Assembly (NCBI GenBank): GCA_900088475.1
Contig: FLMG01004655.1
Location: forward strand, 1 to 64,000
DNA: 64,000 nt
Source of the DNA: Hyphochytrium catenoides
Lineage: Eukaryota > Protista > Hyphochytriomycota
Direction: 5' to 3'
The notes beneath the pieces are model-generated. The model did no database searches. It saw only the letters and a list, made by a program, of their open reading frames with translations, and was not told the origin of the DNA. Made by a program: the position numbers and the translations under genes. Shown here one piece after another: positions 63,515 to 64,000 of the stretch (position 1 is the first letter of the stretch; every line of letters starts with the position of its first letter).

Positions 63515-64000
63515 GAAAAGTGAGTAGTCAACCCATTAATAAATAAACAGCGCGTAGCCTAGCCGTTAGCGACCGTTAGGAATGAAGTCCAGAGAGGAAT
63601 CAGATCATCAAGTTTGCTGTTCGCATCCTCATTGTCGCTTGCCGCTTTCCGCTTGCGCTCTCCTCTACTTACGTCCGTTTTGTTAGTGTCGCATCGGCAC
63701 TTCTATGCAAGAGGAGCTGTGTACGAAAGAGACACTTGGCAATCGCGGCGAAGAGCCTTTAGTTGAGAGGTGCCAGTCTCGAAGGCACCAGTGGTGGTGC
63801 TGGTTCCTTTCCTTTGTTAGCTAATTGGATAGCTCCTATTTCAGTATTACGAATTCTAACTAACTCTCGATTGGACACCCGGTGACTGGACCAGGAGCCT
63901 TCCTATCTGGCCACAGAAGCGGCTGCCGCTATTCTTGCGAAAGGCAAAGGCGCTGAAGCATGAAAGGAGGAAGAAAAGCTGATGGTCCACCCCCGCAGCG

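Overview
Gene-dense eukaryotic nuclear DNA (~50% GC by eye, standard genetic code, many short 50-110 nt GT-AG introns with CTRAC-like branch points). The gene content suggests a stramenopile or similar protist (inference). Gene models were spliced by eye, so termini are approximate. Left to right: a PHD/AT-hook/MBD/PHD/bromo/SET chromatin protein (+), a UXT-like prefoldin (+), a secreted RCC1/BLIP-II repeat protein (-), a GET2/CAML-like insertase (-), a ROK-family sugar kinase (+), an orphan PIP-box protein (-), an OSCA/TMEM63 channel with an extra N-terminal ectodomain (-), a ~17 kb giant SPRY/UBA/MIB-HERC2/HECT E3 ligase (-), a coiled-coil/helical-repeat/4xPDZ/ankyrin/WW scaffold (-), symplekin (-), a NudC/CS co-chaperone (+), alpha-SNAP (-) and a Neverland/DAF-36-type Rieske sterol C7-desaturase with a long multi-pass membrane N-terminus (+). 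Neverland is flanked by decayed, stop-riddled ORF-like DNA. I found no tRNA, rRNA, CRISPR array or intact transposon. Best leads: the membrane-domain/Neverland fusion (possibly EXPERA-like), the 4xPDZ-ANK-WW scaffold with an in-frame 27-nt microexon bracketed by competing RNA pairings, and the MBD-bromo-SET reader/writer.
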